Source: a virus (lineage: Duplodnaviria > Caudoviricetes). From it: a stretch of 24,406 nucleotides of DNA. Under the pieces are notes generated by a model. That model was not told the origin of the DNA. It saw nothing but the letters and a program-made list of their open reading frames with translations, and searched no databases. Both the position numbers and the translations under genes were made by a program. The DNA lies in IMG/VR virus record IMGVR_UViG_3300037458_000126, positions 1 to 24,406 of that record. One strand, given 5' to 3'. This document shows positions 15,580 to 23,808 of the stretch, piece by piece (the first letter of the stretch is position 1; each line of letters starts with the position of its first letter).

Positions 15580-15977
15580 GCACAACTACCTTAACAAAAA
15601 CCGCCAGAACAGTTGTTGCCAGCAGTAGTAATGCCGCCGGCGGCACAACCAGAGGCACGGTTGACTTGCGCACCGCATTGGGCGGAATCCTCACGATGAA
15701 GATCACAAACGGCGGCACGGGGCCGACAGTGCAGTGTGTGGGCCGCGTACTGGTTGCTCATAATGCTGGGGCCACCCCTGCTGCCGCCAGCGCAGGCGCA
15801 GACTGGAAAACCATATGGGCGTTCGGTGGCGGCACGGCAAACAGCGCGGTGACGGAGCAGAGTTATGAGGTCGGGCCTGGGGTAATGCACCTGGAGGTAG
15901 AGTTCACAGGCAATACCGGGCAGGCTGTAACTGTTGAGGCGTTCTTGTCTGAAGTCACAAACAGTGTGACGGCGTAA
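15576..15977 (+). CDS. Thr/Gly-rich beta-sandwich hypothetical protein, probably virion-associated
   Basis: Alternating beta-strand pattern; overlaps both neighbours. Confidence 0.7.
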   Translation: MSTTTLTKTARTVVASSSNAAGGTTRGTVDLRTALGGILTMKITNGGTGPTVQCVGRVLVAHNAGATPAAASAGADWKTIWAFGGGTANSAVTEQSYEVGPGVMHLEVEFTGNTGQAVTVEAFLSEVTNSVTA

Positions 15978-16705
15978 TGAGCAACCTGCTTCTGCCCCGC
16001 CGGTTTTACTCGCAACCAGCGGGGCTGGTAGAGATTGATCGTTGCAATCCGCTAGCGTCCGGATGCATATCCTATGGGACTCAAATAGGAGGGCGCCCGT
16101 ATGATGTGTTGAATAAGCAGGAACTGGTGCCCACCAGCGCCGCGACTATTGGCCTGCGCGGTGAGGGAGCGTATGCCACCACCGGTAGTGGCAGCACGGA
16201 GGTATGGTCCGCCAGTTTTAACCCGATCACGATGGGCAATCAGGCTACAGTGTTCTGTGTCGCGTACAGCACGGCGTACAACAGCACACGCAAGCGCGCT
16301 GTGCGACTGTCTAATCCGACAAACGGCACGATTCTGGCCCTGGATTACGGGAACGACGTGACAAATCTTTTTACCGGCACGTCTCAAGTCGTAGGCGGCA
16401 CATTCCCGGCCTCAGACTCCTATTTCGCGCCGGACGGTAATGTGTCACACAGTGTTGTGTGGTCCCGCAACGGGACTGCGCACGCGCTATATATTGGCGG
16501 CAACGCTGTTAATAAAAATGATTACTTACCAAGCTCGGCCAATGCTATTGGCAACATATCTCAAATATTTATTGGGAATAGCGGGTCTGGTTTCCCTCTA
16601 AACGGCGGGGTTCTTGTCTGGGGTGCTTGGAACCGGGCGTTGTCGCCAGATGAAGTTAAACTGCTGTCCGCGAACCCCTGGCAGATGTTCAAGGTGGCCG
16701 AGTAA
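15977..16705 (+). CDS. LamG/concanavalin A-like lectin domain protein
   Basis: SHSVVWSRNGTAHALYIGG, IFIGN, VWGAWNRALSPDEV (LamG C-terminal signature), ending NPWQMF. Confidence 0.75.
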   Translation: MSNLLLPRRFYSQPAGLVEIDRCNPLASGCISYGTQIGGRPYDVLNKQELVPTSAATIGLRGEGAYATTGSGSTEVWSASFNPITMGNQATVFCVAYSTAYNSTRKRAVRLSNPTNGTILALDYGNDVTNLFTGTSQVVGGTFPASDSYFAPDGNVSHSVVWSRNGTAHALYIGGNAVNKNDYLPSSANAIGNISQIFIGNSGSGFPLNGGVLVWGAWNRALSPDEVKLLSANPWQMFKVAE

Positions 16706-17724
16706 TGCGCATCTGGTTTGATCCAGGCGGTGCGTCTGGCGTAATTACAACCAGCGTCGCTGGCCGCGCCAGAGTTGTCGGGGCGTGCTCGGCAACAAAG
16801 ATTGTCCCGGCATCGCTGGACGGCAAAACTGCCGCGCGCAGCGCGGATACGGCGAGCAAGACCACCCAGCATGCTGTGTCCGGTCGCCTCCTCGCCATCG
16901 GCGCGGGCACGGCCAGCAAGGTGGGCGCGGGCATCATTGTCGTGGATTTGGCTGGGCGGTTGCCGGTGTTCGGTGGCTCCACGTCCAGCAAGCGGGCCAC
17001 GCCGGACGTGGCCGGGAGACTGAGCGCGCGTGGCGCCGACGCGGTAAGCAAGCGGGCGGATCACGGCCTGTCCGGGCGTGCTTTGACCTTCGGTGTGGAC
17101 ACCTTCACCAAGGTCGGTGCCGGGGTCATCCTGACGGACCTGGCGGGTTTGGCTCTAGCGCGTGGCACAGCCACCAGCATCAAGCGCGCAGAATCTTCTG
17201 TGCTCGGCACCATCCTGGCGCGCGGCTCGAATGGCACGGCCAAGCGGGTATCGGCTGCGATTCAGGCCGCGATCAAGGCGGCGGCGACCAGTCAAGTGCA
17301 GAAGTCGGTGGCGTATGCCATCGCTGGCGTCATTCGTGCGCGTGCTGCGGTTGCCGGGGCACCGCTTGTTTCCCATTTTACCCAGGCCGAACTAGACGAG
17401 ATTCTGGCCTACGTGGAGGCGAATATGGCTTGCCCGACCGCAAGTGACATCGCCGCAGCGGTGCGGCTGGAATTGGCGGCAGAGTTGGCGTCACTGACTA
17501 CCGCAGTCTCCGACGTGCCGGCGGATGTCTGGGCTGAGGTGTTGGAAGGCACCCTCACCGCCGCTGAAATACAGCGCATCAAGCTCGCGGCCCTGGCCGG
17601 CAAGCGCCAAGGCTTGGGCACCGCCACCGAAGAGTATCTGGCCCAGGACGGCACCACCCCGCGCGTGACCTTCACGCCAGTTGACCAGCACGGCAACGGA
17701 TCCACGGTGGTGAACGGATCATGA
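16705..17724 (+). CDS. Ala/Gly-rich repeat protein, probably structural or fibrous
   Basis: Internal repeats (KVGAGIIVVDLAG / KVGAGVILTDLAG, 64 aa apart); C-terminal TASDIAAAV...VWAEVLEG...AALAGK. Confidence 0.7.
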   Translation: MRIWFDPGGASGVITTSVAGRARVVGACSATKIVPASLDGKTAARSADTASKTTQHAVSGRLLAIGAGTASKVGAGIIVVDLAGRLPVFGGSTSSKRATPDVAGRLSARGADAVSKRADHGLSGRALTFGVDTFTKVGAGVILTDLAGLALARGTATSIKRAESSVLGTILARGSNGTAKRVSAAIQAAIKAAATSQVQKSVAYAIAGVIRARAAVAGAPLVSHFTQAELDEILAYVEANMACPTASDIAAAVRLELAAELASLTTAVSDVPADVWAEVLEGTLTAAEIQRIKLAALAGKRQGLGTATEEYLAQDGTTPRVTFTPVDQHGNGSTVVNGS

Positions 17725-18245
17725 GCCTGACGCGGCGCGGGGCACTGTTCGCCGGGGCACTGTTCGCCGGGGCGTTGTTCGGCCCTGGAGCGCCGCAGGT
17801 ACAAGCGGAAGAACCCGCTGGAGGGCACTGGAAGCACCTGATCCGCGCGATATCCAGCGCGGAGACCCCGGAAGTCAGCGTTCAAGGCGATATTCGCTTT
17901 TCCGTAGAACGTCCAGTTACTTGCGATCTGCGCGCTAGCGCAAATACACTGGCGCTAAAGGTTTCAGGCAGTTCGCGATTTGCGGTTTTAGCTCCTTATA
18001 CGCACGCGGTAGCCGGGTCTATCCATGCCGATTTATCACCCCGCTGGCACATCAAACATCCTAAATGCGCGGCGGCTCCGGCGTTCCTGCATACTTCGGT
18101 TACGGTCCTCGGATTTACCGAGTTTCCTGTAGCGGCTTGCGAAACACCGCGCGCTCGATTCGGCGCAACTGGGTACTACACGTTTGCGACGCCGGTTACG
18201 GTGCAGAACCCCACTGAGGAGATGCTGCTAGAGCTGTTGCGTTAA
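17721..18245 (+). CDS. Hypothetical protein (174 aa)
   Basis: ATGA coupling; GALFA repeats at the N-terminus; ends just before the next promoter. Confidence 0.55.
   Translation: MSLTRRGALFAGALFAGALFGPGAPQVQAEEPAGGHWKHLIRAISSAETPEVSVQGDIRFSVERPVTCDLRASANTLALKVSGSSRFAVLAPYTHAVAGSIHADLSPRWHIKHPKCAAAPAFLHTSVTVLGFTEFPVAACETPRARFGATGYYTFATPVTVQNPTEEMLLELLR
17739..17783 (+). repeat. 15-bp tandem repeat x3 (GALFA)
   Basis: GGGGCACTGTTCGCC twice, then a degenerate GGGGCGTTGTTCGGC. Confidence 0.9.
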
Positions 18246-18256
18246 CGCGATTAATA

Positions 18257-18287
18257 TGTTGACATGTAAGCAAACAGGAGATATATA
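18257..18287 (+). promoter_or_regulatory. Head-gene promoter with operator-like palindrome
   Basis: TGTTGACATGTAAGCA (18257-18272); TTGACA-17 bp-TATATA (18282-18287), the same layout as the portal promoter. Confidence 0.65.
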
Positions 18288-18291
18288 CAGA

Positions 18292-18528
18292 ATGAAGATG
18301 TTCAATACATCCGACCGGCAGCAGCTCAATGCCCTGGTCCGCTGCAAAGCGCCAGACATGCAGCCCCTGCTGAAGCTCTTTGAAAATTCACTGGAAGATT
18401 TGAAGACCTCGCTGACGCGCGTGGATGAAACGGAGTATTTCCGCCGTCTACAAGGCAAGGCGCAGGTTATTGAAGACTTTTTGAAGGCCGTCGAGGACGC
18501 GCCTTTGAATTTGGAGCGACTCAGGTAG
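18292..18528 (+). CDS. Small helical protein preceding the scaffold gene
   Basis: FRRLQGKAQVIEDFL motif typical of the small gene between portal and scaffold in podoviruses. Start is probably ATG 18292 or 18298, not 18256. Confidence 0.7.
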   Translation: MKMFNTSDRQQLNALVRCKAPDMQPLLKLFENSLEDLKTSLTRVDETEYFRRLQGKAQVIEDFLKAVEDAPLNLERLR

Positions 18529-18615
18529 TCGCATTTTCGTAAGCACACCATTATGCGGACAGCAAACCATAGGGCGCTGGTAAGCAGAGCTGGTGCTTCA
18601 AAGGAGTAGTGAAAA

Positions 18616-19548
18616 ATGGCATTGCCCAAGCAGGTTGAACAGCAGCTGCGTGAAGTTGAGGAAATGGAAAAGCAAATGCAAGCCCCGGCCGAAACCGAGG
18701 AGACTGCACAAGTGGAAACTCCGCCCGACCCGGCAGATGCTCCAGCCGCAGAAGAAATGCCGACCCAACCGGTCGCGCAAGAAGTTCCGGAAGAAACATG
18801 GCAGCAGAAGTACAACACCTTAATCGGCAAGTACAACGCTGAGGTTCCCAGGCTGCATCATCAGCTGAAAGAACTGGCTAGCCAGCTCGACGCCATGCAG
18901 CGTCGCGCCCAGGCCGCACCCACGCCCGCTCCGGAGCCCAAGCAGACTACGTTGGTTACTGACCAGGACCGAGAAGCATTCGGAGAAGACCTGATCGACT
19001 TGCAACGGCGGGTCGCCAAAGAGGTTGCCGCTTCGTACGCTACGCAGTTGGACGCGTATGAGGCCAAGATCAACGCGCTGGAACAGCGCTTGATGCAAAC
19101 AGGTAGCCAAGTTGGCGAGATGACGTTCGAGCAGAAGCTGCACCGCGCTGTGCCTGATTTCGATCAGGTTAACAACGACCCCCGGTGGGTAGCTTGGCTG
19201 GACGAATTCGACCCGATTCTGCGCGCACCGCGCAGGGTTATCGCGCAGCAAGCCTACGAGAACGGTGATGTGGAGGGCGTTGCCCACTACGTGAGCCTGT
19301 TCCGTGGCGCGCACGCAGCGCCGAAGCAGGACGCAAGGAAATCCGAGCTGGAACGTCAGGTCACCCCCAGTCGAGTGAGCGGCGGTACGGGGCAACCCGT
19401 GGCGCAAGGCAAGACGTACACCATGGCCCAGTGGTCCGGGTTGTACGATCAGGCGGCTCGCCTGATTGCCAAAGGCAAAGCCGACGAGGGGAAAAAACTT
19501 GAAGCCGAGCTTTCTGCTGCTATGGCGCAGGGACGCGTAACCGCGTAA
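18616..19548 (+). CDS. Capsid scaffolding protein
   Basis: AAGGAG SD; acidic Pro/Glu-rich N-terminus, WQQKYNTLIGKYNAEVPRL coiled coil, C-terminal AMAQGRV; directly upstream of the capsid gene. Confidence 0.85.
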   Translation: MALPKQVEQQLREVEEMEKQMQAPAETEETAQVETPPDPADAPAAEEMPTQPVAQEVPEETWQQKYNTLIGKYNAEVPRLHHQLKELASQLDAMQRRAQAAPTPAPEPKQTTLVTDQDREAFGEDLIDLQRRVAKEVAASYATQLDAYEAKINALEQRLMQTGSQVGEMTFEQKLHRAVPDFDQVNNDPRWVAWLDEFDPILRAPRRVIAQQAYENGDVEGVAHYVSLFRGAHAAPKQDARKSELERQVTPSRVSGGTGQPVAQGKTYTMAQWSGLYDQAARLIAKGKADEGKKLEAELSAAMAQGRVTA

Positions 19549-19550
19549 CC

Positions 19551-19566
19551 TGTTTACCTGTAAGCG
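19551..19566. promoter_or_regulatory. Operator-like palindrome copy before the major capsid gene
   Basis: TGTTTACCTGTAAGCG, 13/16 to TGCTTACATGTAAGCA, intergenic. Confidence 0.5.
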
Positions 19567-19605
19567 GCAGAGGTTCTAACCAAACTCTGTTTTTAGGAGG
19601 CCATT

Positions 19606-20646
19606 ATGGCTACTGTTACCCCTGCCGCAGTTTTCCCCGTACAGGCACCGTTCAATACCGCGAACGCGTTCTCCGGTACGTTCATCCCCACCCTGTGGTC
19701 CAAGAAGCTGCTTGTCAACTACTACACTGACAACCAGCTGGCTGAGATCGTCAACACCGACTACGAGGGCGAGATCAAGAACCAGGGCGATACCGTGCGT
19801 ATTCGCTCGGTTCCCACTCTGACTATCAACGACTACACCGTTGGCACCAACCTTGCCTACGAAGTCCCCGCCAATTCCTACCAGGACATGGTGATTGACA
19901 AGGGCAAGTATTTCGCCTTCCAGTGCAACGACGTGATCGAAGCCCAGGCCGACCTGGACCTGATGAACATGTACACCGAGGACGCGGCCAAGCAGATGAA
20001 GATCGCCATCGCCGACGACGTGTACTTCAACACCTTCATCGGTGCCGCGAACGCCGCGACGGAAACCAAGCTGGCCCACGCCAAGAACTACGGCGCTACT
20101 GCCGGTGTGAAGTCTGGCGCTCTGGCTCTGGGTACTGACGCGACCCCCATCGACGTGAGCACCGCTGGCAACCTGCTGAACCTCATCCTCAAGATGAGTG
20201 CCGCCCTGGACGAGCAGAACGTTCCGGAGTCTGGCCGCTGGCTGTTGATGTCGCCGTACGACCGCCAAATCCTGATGCAGTCCAACCTCGCGCAAGCGTA
20301 CTTCACTGGCGACCAGTCCAGCATCGTGCGTACCGGCAAGATCGGTATGATCGACCGCTTCACCGTCTACGTCAGCAACATGCTGCCGCGCGGTGCTCAG
20401 GACAAGGCTTGGGTCTCCGGCATGACCGACCCGACCACCGGTGCGACCTACTCGGCTTCCTACGACGGCGCTCGTCGCATGATCGTGGGCGGCACCAAGG
20501 ACGCGATCTCCTTTGCGACTCAGTACACCAAGACCGAGACCCTGCGCAACCCGAGTGACTTCGGCGACGTGGTGCGTTCTCTGCAAGTGTACGGCCGCAA
20601 GACCGTCAAGCCCGAGTCGCTGGTTATCGGCGTCGTGCGCGGTTAA
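19606..20646 (+). CDS. Major capsid protein (P22 coat-like)
   Basis: AGGAGG SD; FIPTLWSKKLL, NTDYEGEIKNQGDTVRI, LDEQNVPESGRW, FGDVVRSLQVYGRK; strongly biased codon usage. Confidence 0.93.
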   Translation: MATVTPAAVFPVQAPFNTANAFSGTFIPTLWSKKLLVNYYTDNQLAEIVNTDYEGEIKNQGDTVRIRSVPTLTINDYTVGTNLAYEVPANSYQDMVIDKGKYFAFQCNDVIEAQADLDLMNMYTEDAAKQMKIAIADDVYFNTFIGAANAATETKLAHAKNYGATAGVKSGALALGTDATPIDVSTAGNLLNLILKMSAALDEQNVPESGRWLLMSPYDRQILMQSNLAQAYFTGDQSSIVRTGKIGMIDRFTVYVSNMLPRGAQDKAWVSGMTDPTTGATYSASYDGARRMIVGGTKDAISFATQYTKTETLRNPSDFGDVVRSLQVYGRKTVKPESLVIGVVRG

Positions 20647-20652
20647 TGACCT

Positions 20653-20685
20653 GGGCCGGGGGTAACTCCGGCCCGTTACTCTTTT
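20653..20685 (+). terminator. Rho-independent terminator after the capsid gene
   Basis: GGGCCGGGG-GTAA-CTCCGGCCC followed by GTTACTCTTTT. Confidence 0.65.
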
Positions 20686-20698
20686 CAGGAGAAATACC

Positions 20699-21064
20699 AT
20701 GCCTTCCACTTCCTTCATCCAAGAGTCTATCGACACGCAACTGGGCATGACTGCTCTGGCTGGCGGCGCGTCCCCCACTGCTGCGGCCAACACCTGCATC
20801 ATCGGCATCAACACCATCACCACCTGCGCCACTGCCGGTGACTCGGTGATCCTGCCCGCTGGTTGCCCCAAGGGCACTCGCGTAGTTGTGGCTAATCTGG
20901 CTGCGGCCAAGGCGGACATCTTCCCCAACACCGGGGGCAAGATCAACGCTGCTTCAGCCAACGCTAACCTGGGTATTGCAGCCATTACCGTGGCTGAGTT
21001 CATCCAGATCGGTTCTGACGGCTTGACCTGGATCGCTACCGGCGTGTCCGCCGCGCAGTCTTAA
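20699..21064 (+). CDS. Small Ala/Thr-rich virion protein (possible capsid decoration)
   Basis: AGGAG SD; follows the capsid gene with similar high-expression codon bias; TCATAGDSVILP...IFPNTGGKIN. Confidence 0.65.
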   Translation: MPSTSFIQESIDTQLGMTALAGGASPTAAANTCIIGINTITTCATAGDSVILPAGCPKGTRVVVANLAAAKADIFPNTGGKINAASANANLGIAAITVAEFIQIGSDGLTWIATGVSAAQS

Positions 21065-21072
21065 GCCACCTA

Positions 21073-21100
21073 GCCCCCTCTTCGGAGGGGGTTCTTCTTT
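21073..21100 (+). terminator. Rho-independent terminator
   Basis: CCCCCTC-TTCG-GAGGGGG (cUUCGg loop) followed by TTCTTCTTT. Confidence 0.8.
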
Positions 21101-21109
21101 GGAGTTGAC

Positions 21110-21328
21110 ATGAATTTCGACGAAGTGATGCGGACGTTCGACGGCAAGTGGGAAGACGGTTTCGCCCTGATCCGTGGCCGCGATGGCTATATCTGGAAGA
21201 TTGCCGAAGGCACGCCTGACCGGTTTGCTCTGACGTTTGACGGCAAGCGTTACGTAACGGAAGACGCCTCTGCCGAGGCCGAGAGTGAAAAACCTCGCCG
21301 TGGTAGAAAACCGTCCGTTGTGCTATAG
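21110..21328 (+). CDS. Hypothetical protein (72 aa) with basic C-terminal tail
   Basis: GGAG SD; ends KPRRGRKPSVVL. Confidence 0.7.
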   Translation: MNFDEVMRTFDGKWEDGFALIRGRDGYIWKIAEGTPDRFALTFDGKRYVTEDASAEAESEKPRRGRKPSVVL

Positions 21329-21330
21329 TT

Positions 21331-21346
21331 TGCTGACATGTAAGCA
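21331..21346. promoter_or_regulatory. Operator-like palindrome copy before the adaptor genes
   Basis: TGCTGACATGTAAGCA, 15/16 to the perfect palindrome, intergenic. Confidence 0.65.
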
Positions 21347-21359
21347 GCCGAGGTAGCTC

Positions 21360-21995
21360 ATGGCGACTGTAAGTACCGACGTGTTCCTGCCGCATATCCT
21401 GCTGCAAGCGCCGATGTGCCCCGCTACGGTTGCCGCCGAGGCTTTGGTTGCCGCCGCGCGCGAGTTCTGTGAGCGCACCCTGTTGTGGGTGGAGAAGCAG
21501 GGCATGGTGCCGGTTACCTCGATTAGTTTCCCCTACACAGTCCCTACGCCCGCGCACGGTGAGCTGACCCGTCTGCACGCGGTGTTCGTAGACGGCCGAC
21601 TCCTTCAGCCTGTCCCCTTTGAGCTGCTGGACACCACCTCCGACTGGGACACTGAGACCGGCGCACCTGCTCACTACACCCAGGTCTCGGGTGGCGCGCT
21701 GCGAGTTCACCCTTTGCCGGATACCACGGTGCCAATGCGTATCACCGCAGCGTACGTCCCACTGCGTACCGCGACGGTGCTGGAAGACTTTCTGTATGAC
21801 GCGTGGCTGGATGTCCTGGTGGCGGGCACGGTGCGCCGCCTGATGGTGGACCCTGGCAAACCCTGGTTTAACGCGGACTTGGCGGCGGCTGCGGGCGCTG
21901 TGTTCGCCGCAGGCATACATCGGGGCATCACCGAGCGCACTCGTGGCGTGCGTATGAGCGCCAGCCTGCGCGTTTCTTCCATTCCGTTTGCGTGA
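21360..21995 (+). CDS. Head-tail adaptor-like protein
   Basis: GAGGT SD; FLPHILLQAPMCP...AAREFCERT, GAPAHY...LRVHPLPD, PGKPWFN; position after the capsid genes. Confidence 0.7.
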   Translation: MATVSTDVFLPHILLQAPMCPATVAAEALVAAAREFCERTLLWVEKQGMVPVTSISFPYTVPTPAHGELTRLHAVFVDGRLLQPVPFELLDTTSDWDTETGAPAHYTQVSGGALRVHPLPDTTVPMRITAAYVPLRTATVLEDFLYDAWLDVLVAGTVRRLMVDPGKPWFNADLAAAAGAVFAAGIHRGITERTRGVRMSASLRVSSIPFA

Positions 21996-22003
21996 GGTAG
22001 CGC

Positions 22004-22618
22004 GTGGGCACGATCACCGGCACAGAAATCTCCCAGGCGGTACGGGTTCTCAGTCACGACAACGGCTCGACTTACCGCTGGAACGATGCGGTTCACTTGG
22101 TCTGGCTGAACGATGCGCTGCGCACGCTGTGTACGAAGCGCCCGGAAGAATCCTCCAAGGAAGCTGTCGTTACCCTTGTTGCCGGAACCAAGCAGCAACT
22201 GCCCGATGAAGCCGTACTTCTGCTGCGCCCGGTATGCAATATGGGGGTTGGTGGTGCTACGGTGGGTTCGGCGGTAACCCTGGCGGATCGCGCCAGTCTT
22301 GAGCTGTTGTTCCCAAACTGGCGTACGGATACTGCCACGCAGGATATCAAGCATGTGCTGTACGACGTGCAAGCCGATTCGCGGCGGTTCGAGGTCTACC
22401 CTCCGGCGCTGGTCACGTCAAACGTCAAGCTGTTGTACGCCACGATGCCGACGCCGCTGACGGCGCTCACCGACCCGATCCCGGTCAACAACCGCTACGC
22501 CAACGCCCTGCAAGCCTACATGCTGTTCCGTTACTTCAGCGTGGACGCGGAGGATGCGACGAACGGGCAGGCTGCGACGAGCTACTTCAACCTCTTCAAC
22601 GCCGAGGTCGGAGGGTGA
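22004..22618 (+). CDS. Second head-tail adaptor-like protein
   Basis: GAGGT SD, GTG start; RWNDAVHLVWLNDA, LVAGTKQQLP, FEVYPP, YANALQAYMLFR. Confidence 0.7.
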   Translation: MGTITGTEISQAVRVLSHDNGSTYRWNDAVHLVWLNDALRTLCTKRPEESSKEAVVTLVAGTKQQLPDEAVLLLRPVCNMGVGGATVGSAVTLADRASLELLFPNWRTDTATQDIKHVLYDVQADSRRFEVYPPALVTSNVKLLYATMPTPLTALTDPIPVNNRYANALQAYMLFRYFSVDAEDATNGQAATSYFNLFNAEVGG

Positions 22619-23799
22619 GGATCACCATAGACCGCTTCGGGGGCATGGCCCCGAGGCTTGACCCCTACAAACTCCCTGATCACGGCGCTCAAGAAGCGCC
22701 GGATGTTCGTCTGCACGCCGGAACTCTGCGTTCCTGGCGCAAGCCTTCCCTGATGGTGCCGACGTTTGCGCTACCCCCCACTACGGAGACGATCTACTAC
22801 GACACTGGGTCCAGTGCGTGGTTTTCCTGGCCGAACGATGTCAACGTGGAACCCGGCCCGGTGGCCGACCTGACTGCGAAGCGCCGGTACTACTACACTG
22901 GCGACGGCGTGCCCAAGAAGACCGACTCCGACATGGCGTTGCTGGGCACCGGCGCGTACCCGCGCACTGCGCTCAATCTGGCGGTGCCTGCGCCGGACGC
23001 CGCTCCTACTGCGGTTTCCGATGGCCTTGGCGCAGGGACGGCCGAGGATCATGTGTATGTAGTGACCTACGTGTCGGAGTTTTCCGGCATCGAGGAAGAG
23101 AGCGGCCCGAGTGCTCCGGTGACGGTGACTGGCTGGCTCCCCGGCGATACGGTGACCCTGACGTGGCTGGATACGGTGCCGACGACCGGCTACAACCTGA
23201 CCAAGCGCCGCGTGTACCGCAGCAACGGCTCGGCGTTCCTGTTCGTTCTGGAGCAGACCATCGACCCCCTGGTGCTGACTGCGACGGATGCCGTACTGAA
23301 CGACGCGCTGGGCGAAGCGGCTTCCACGATGTTGTTCGACCCCCCGCCGGATGACCTGAAAGGTCTGATCTCGATCCCGAACGGCTTCCTGGCCGGGTTT
23401 GTCGGCAACGAGGTGTACTTTAGCGAAGCCTACCAGCCGCATGCGTGGCCGCGTGCTTACTCGTTAACCGTAGCGGAACAGATCGTCGCGCTGGCCCCGG
23501 TGGCGCAGGGGTGCTACGTGTTGACTGAGGGGTCTCCATACTTCGTGACGGGCGTTTCACCCGACAGCATGACCTCGGAGCGCATCAACAAGTTCGCGCC
23601 CTGCCTGTCGAAGCGCTCGGTCGCCACGGATGGCGTGGGCGTGCTCTATGCAAGCTACAACGGCGTCTGCTACGCGGCAGGCGGCGACGTGAAGAATATT
23701 ACCGAGCAACTGTTTACCCAGGAAGAATGGGGCGCGCTCGGCCCGGAAAACATGCTGGGTGTGTTCTTCGATGAACGCTACACCCTTTGGTACAGGTAG
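22615..23799 (+). CDS. Tail nozzle / DNA-stabilisation-like beta-propeller protein (possibly lacking its C-terminal part)
   Basis: FGGMAPR, YVVTYV...EESGPS, KRRVYRS, PPPDDLKGL...GFVGNEVYFSEAYQPHAWP, CLSKRSV, YASYNGV. Confidence 0.75.
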   Translation: MRITIDRFGGMAPRLDPYKLPDHGAQEAPDVRLHAGTLRSWRKPSLMVPTFALPPTTETIYYDTGSSAWFSWPNDVNVEPGPVADLTAKRRYYYTGDGVPKKTDSDMALLGTGAYPRTALNLAVPAPDAAPTAVSDGLGAGTAEDHVYVVTYVSEFSGIEEESGPSAPVTVTGWLPGDTVTLTWLDTVPTTGYNLTKRRVYRSNGSAFLFVLEQTIDPLVLTATDAVLNDALGEAASTMLFDPPPDDLKGLISIPNGFLAGFVGNEVYFSEAYQPHAWPRAYSLTVAEQIVALAPVAQGCYVLTEGSPYFVTGVSPDSMTSERINKFAPCLSKRSVATDGVGVLYASYNGVCYAAGGDVKNITEQLFTQEEWGALGPENMLGVFFDERYTLWYR

Positions 23800-23808
23800 G
23801 AGACTTAC

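Noticed and set aside
17721-17783. Tat-like signal (LTRRGAL)
   Set aside because: Lacks the consensus F-L after RR, and the hydrophobic stretch is just the GALFA repeat.
19576-21003. 475-aa minus-strand ORF
   Set aside because: Antisense shadow of the capsid and the following gene.
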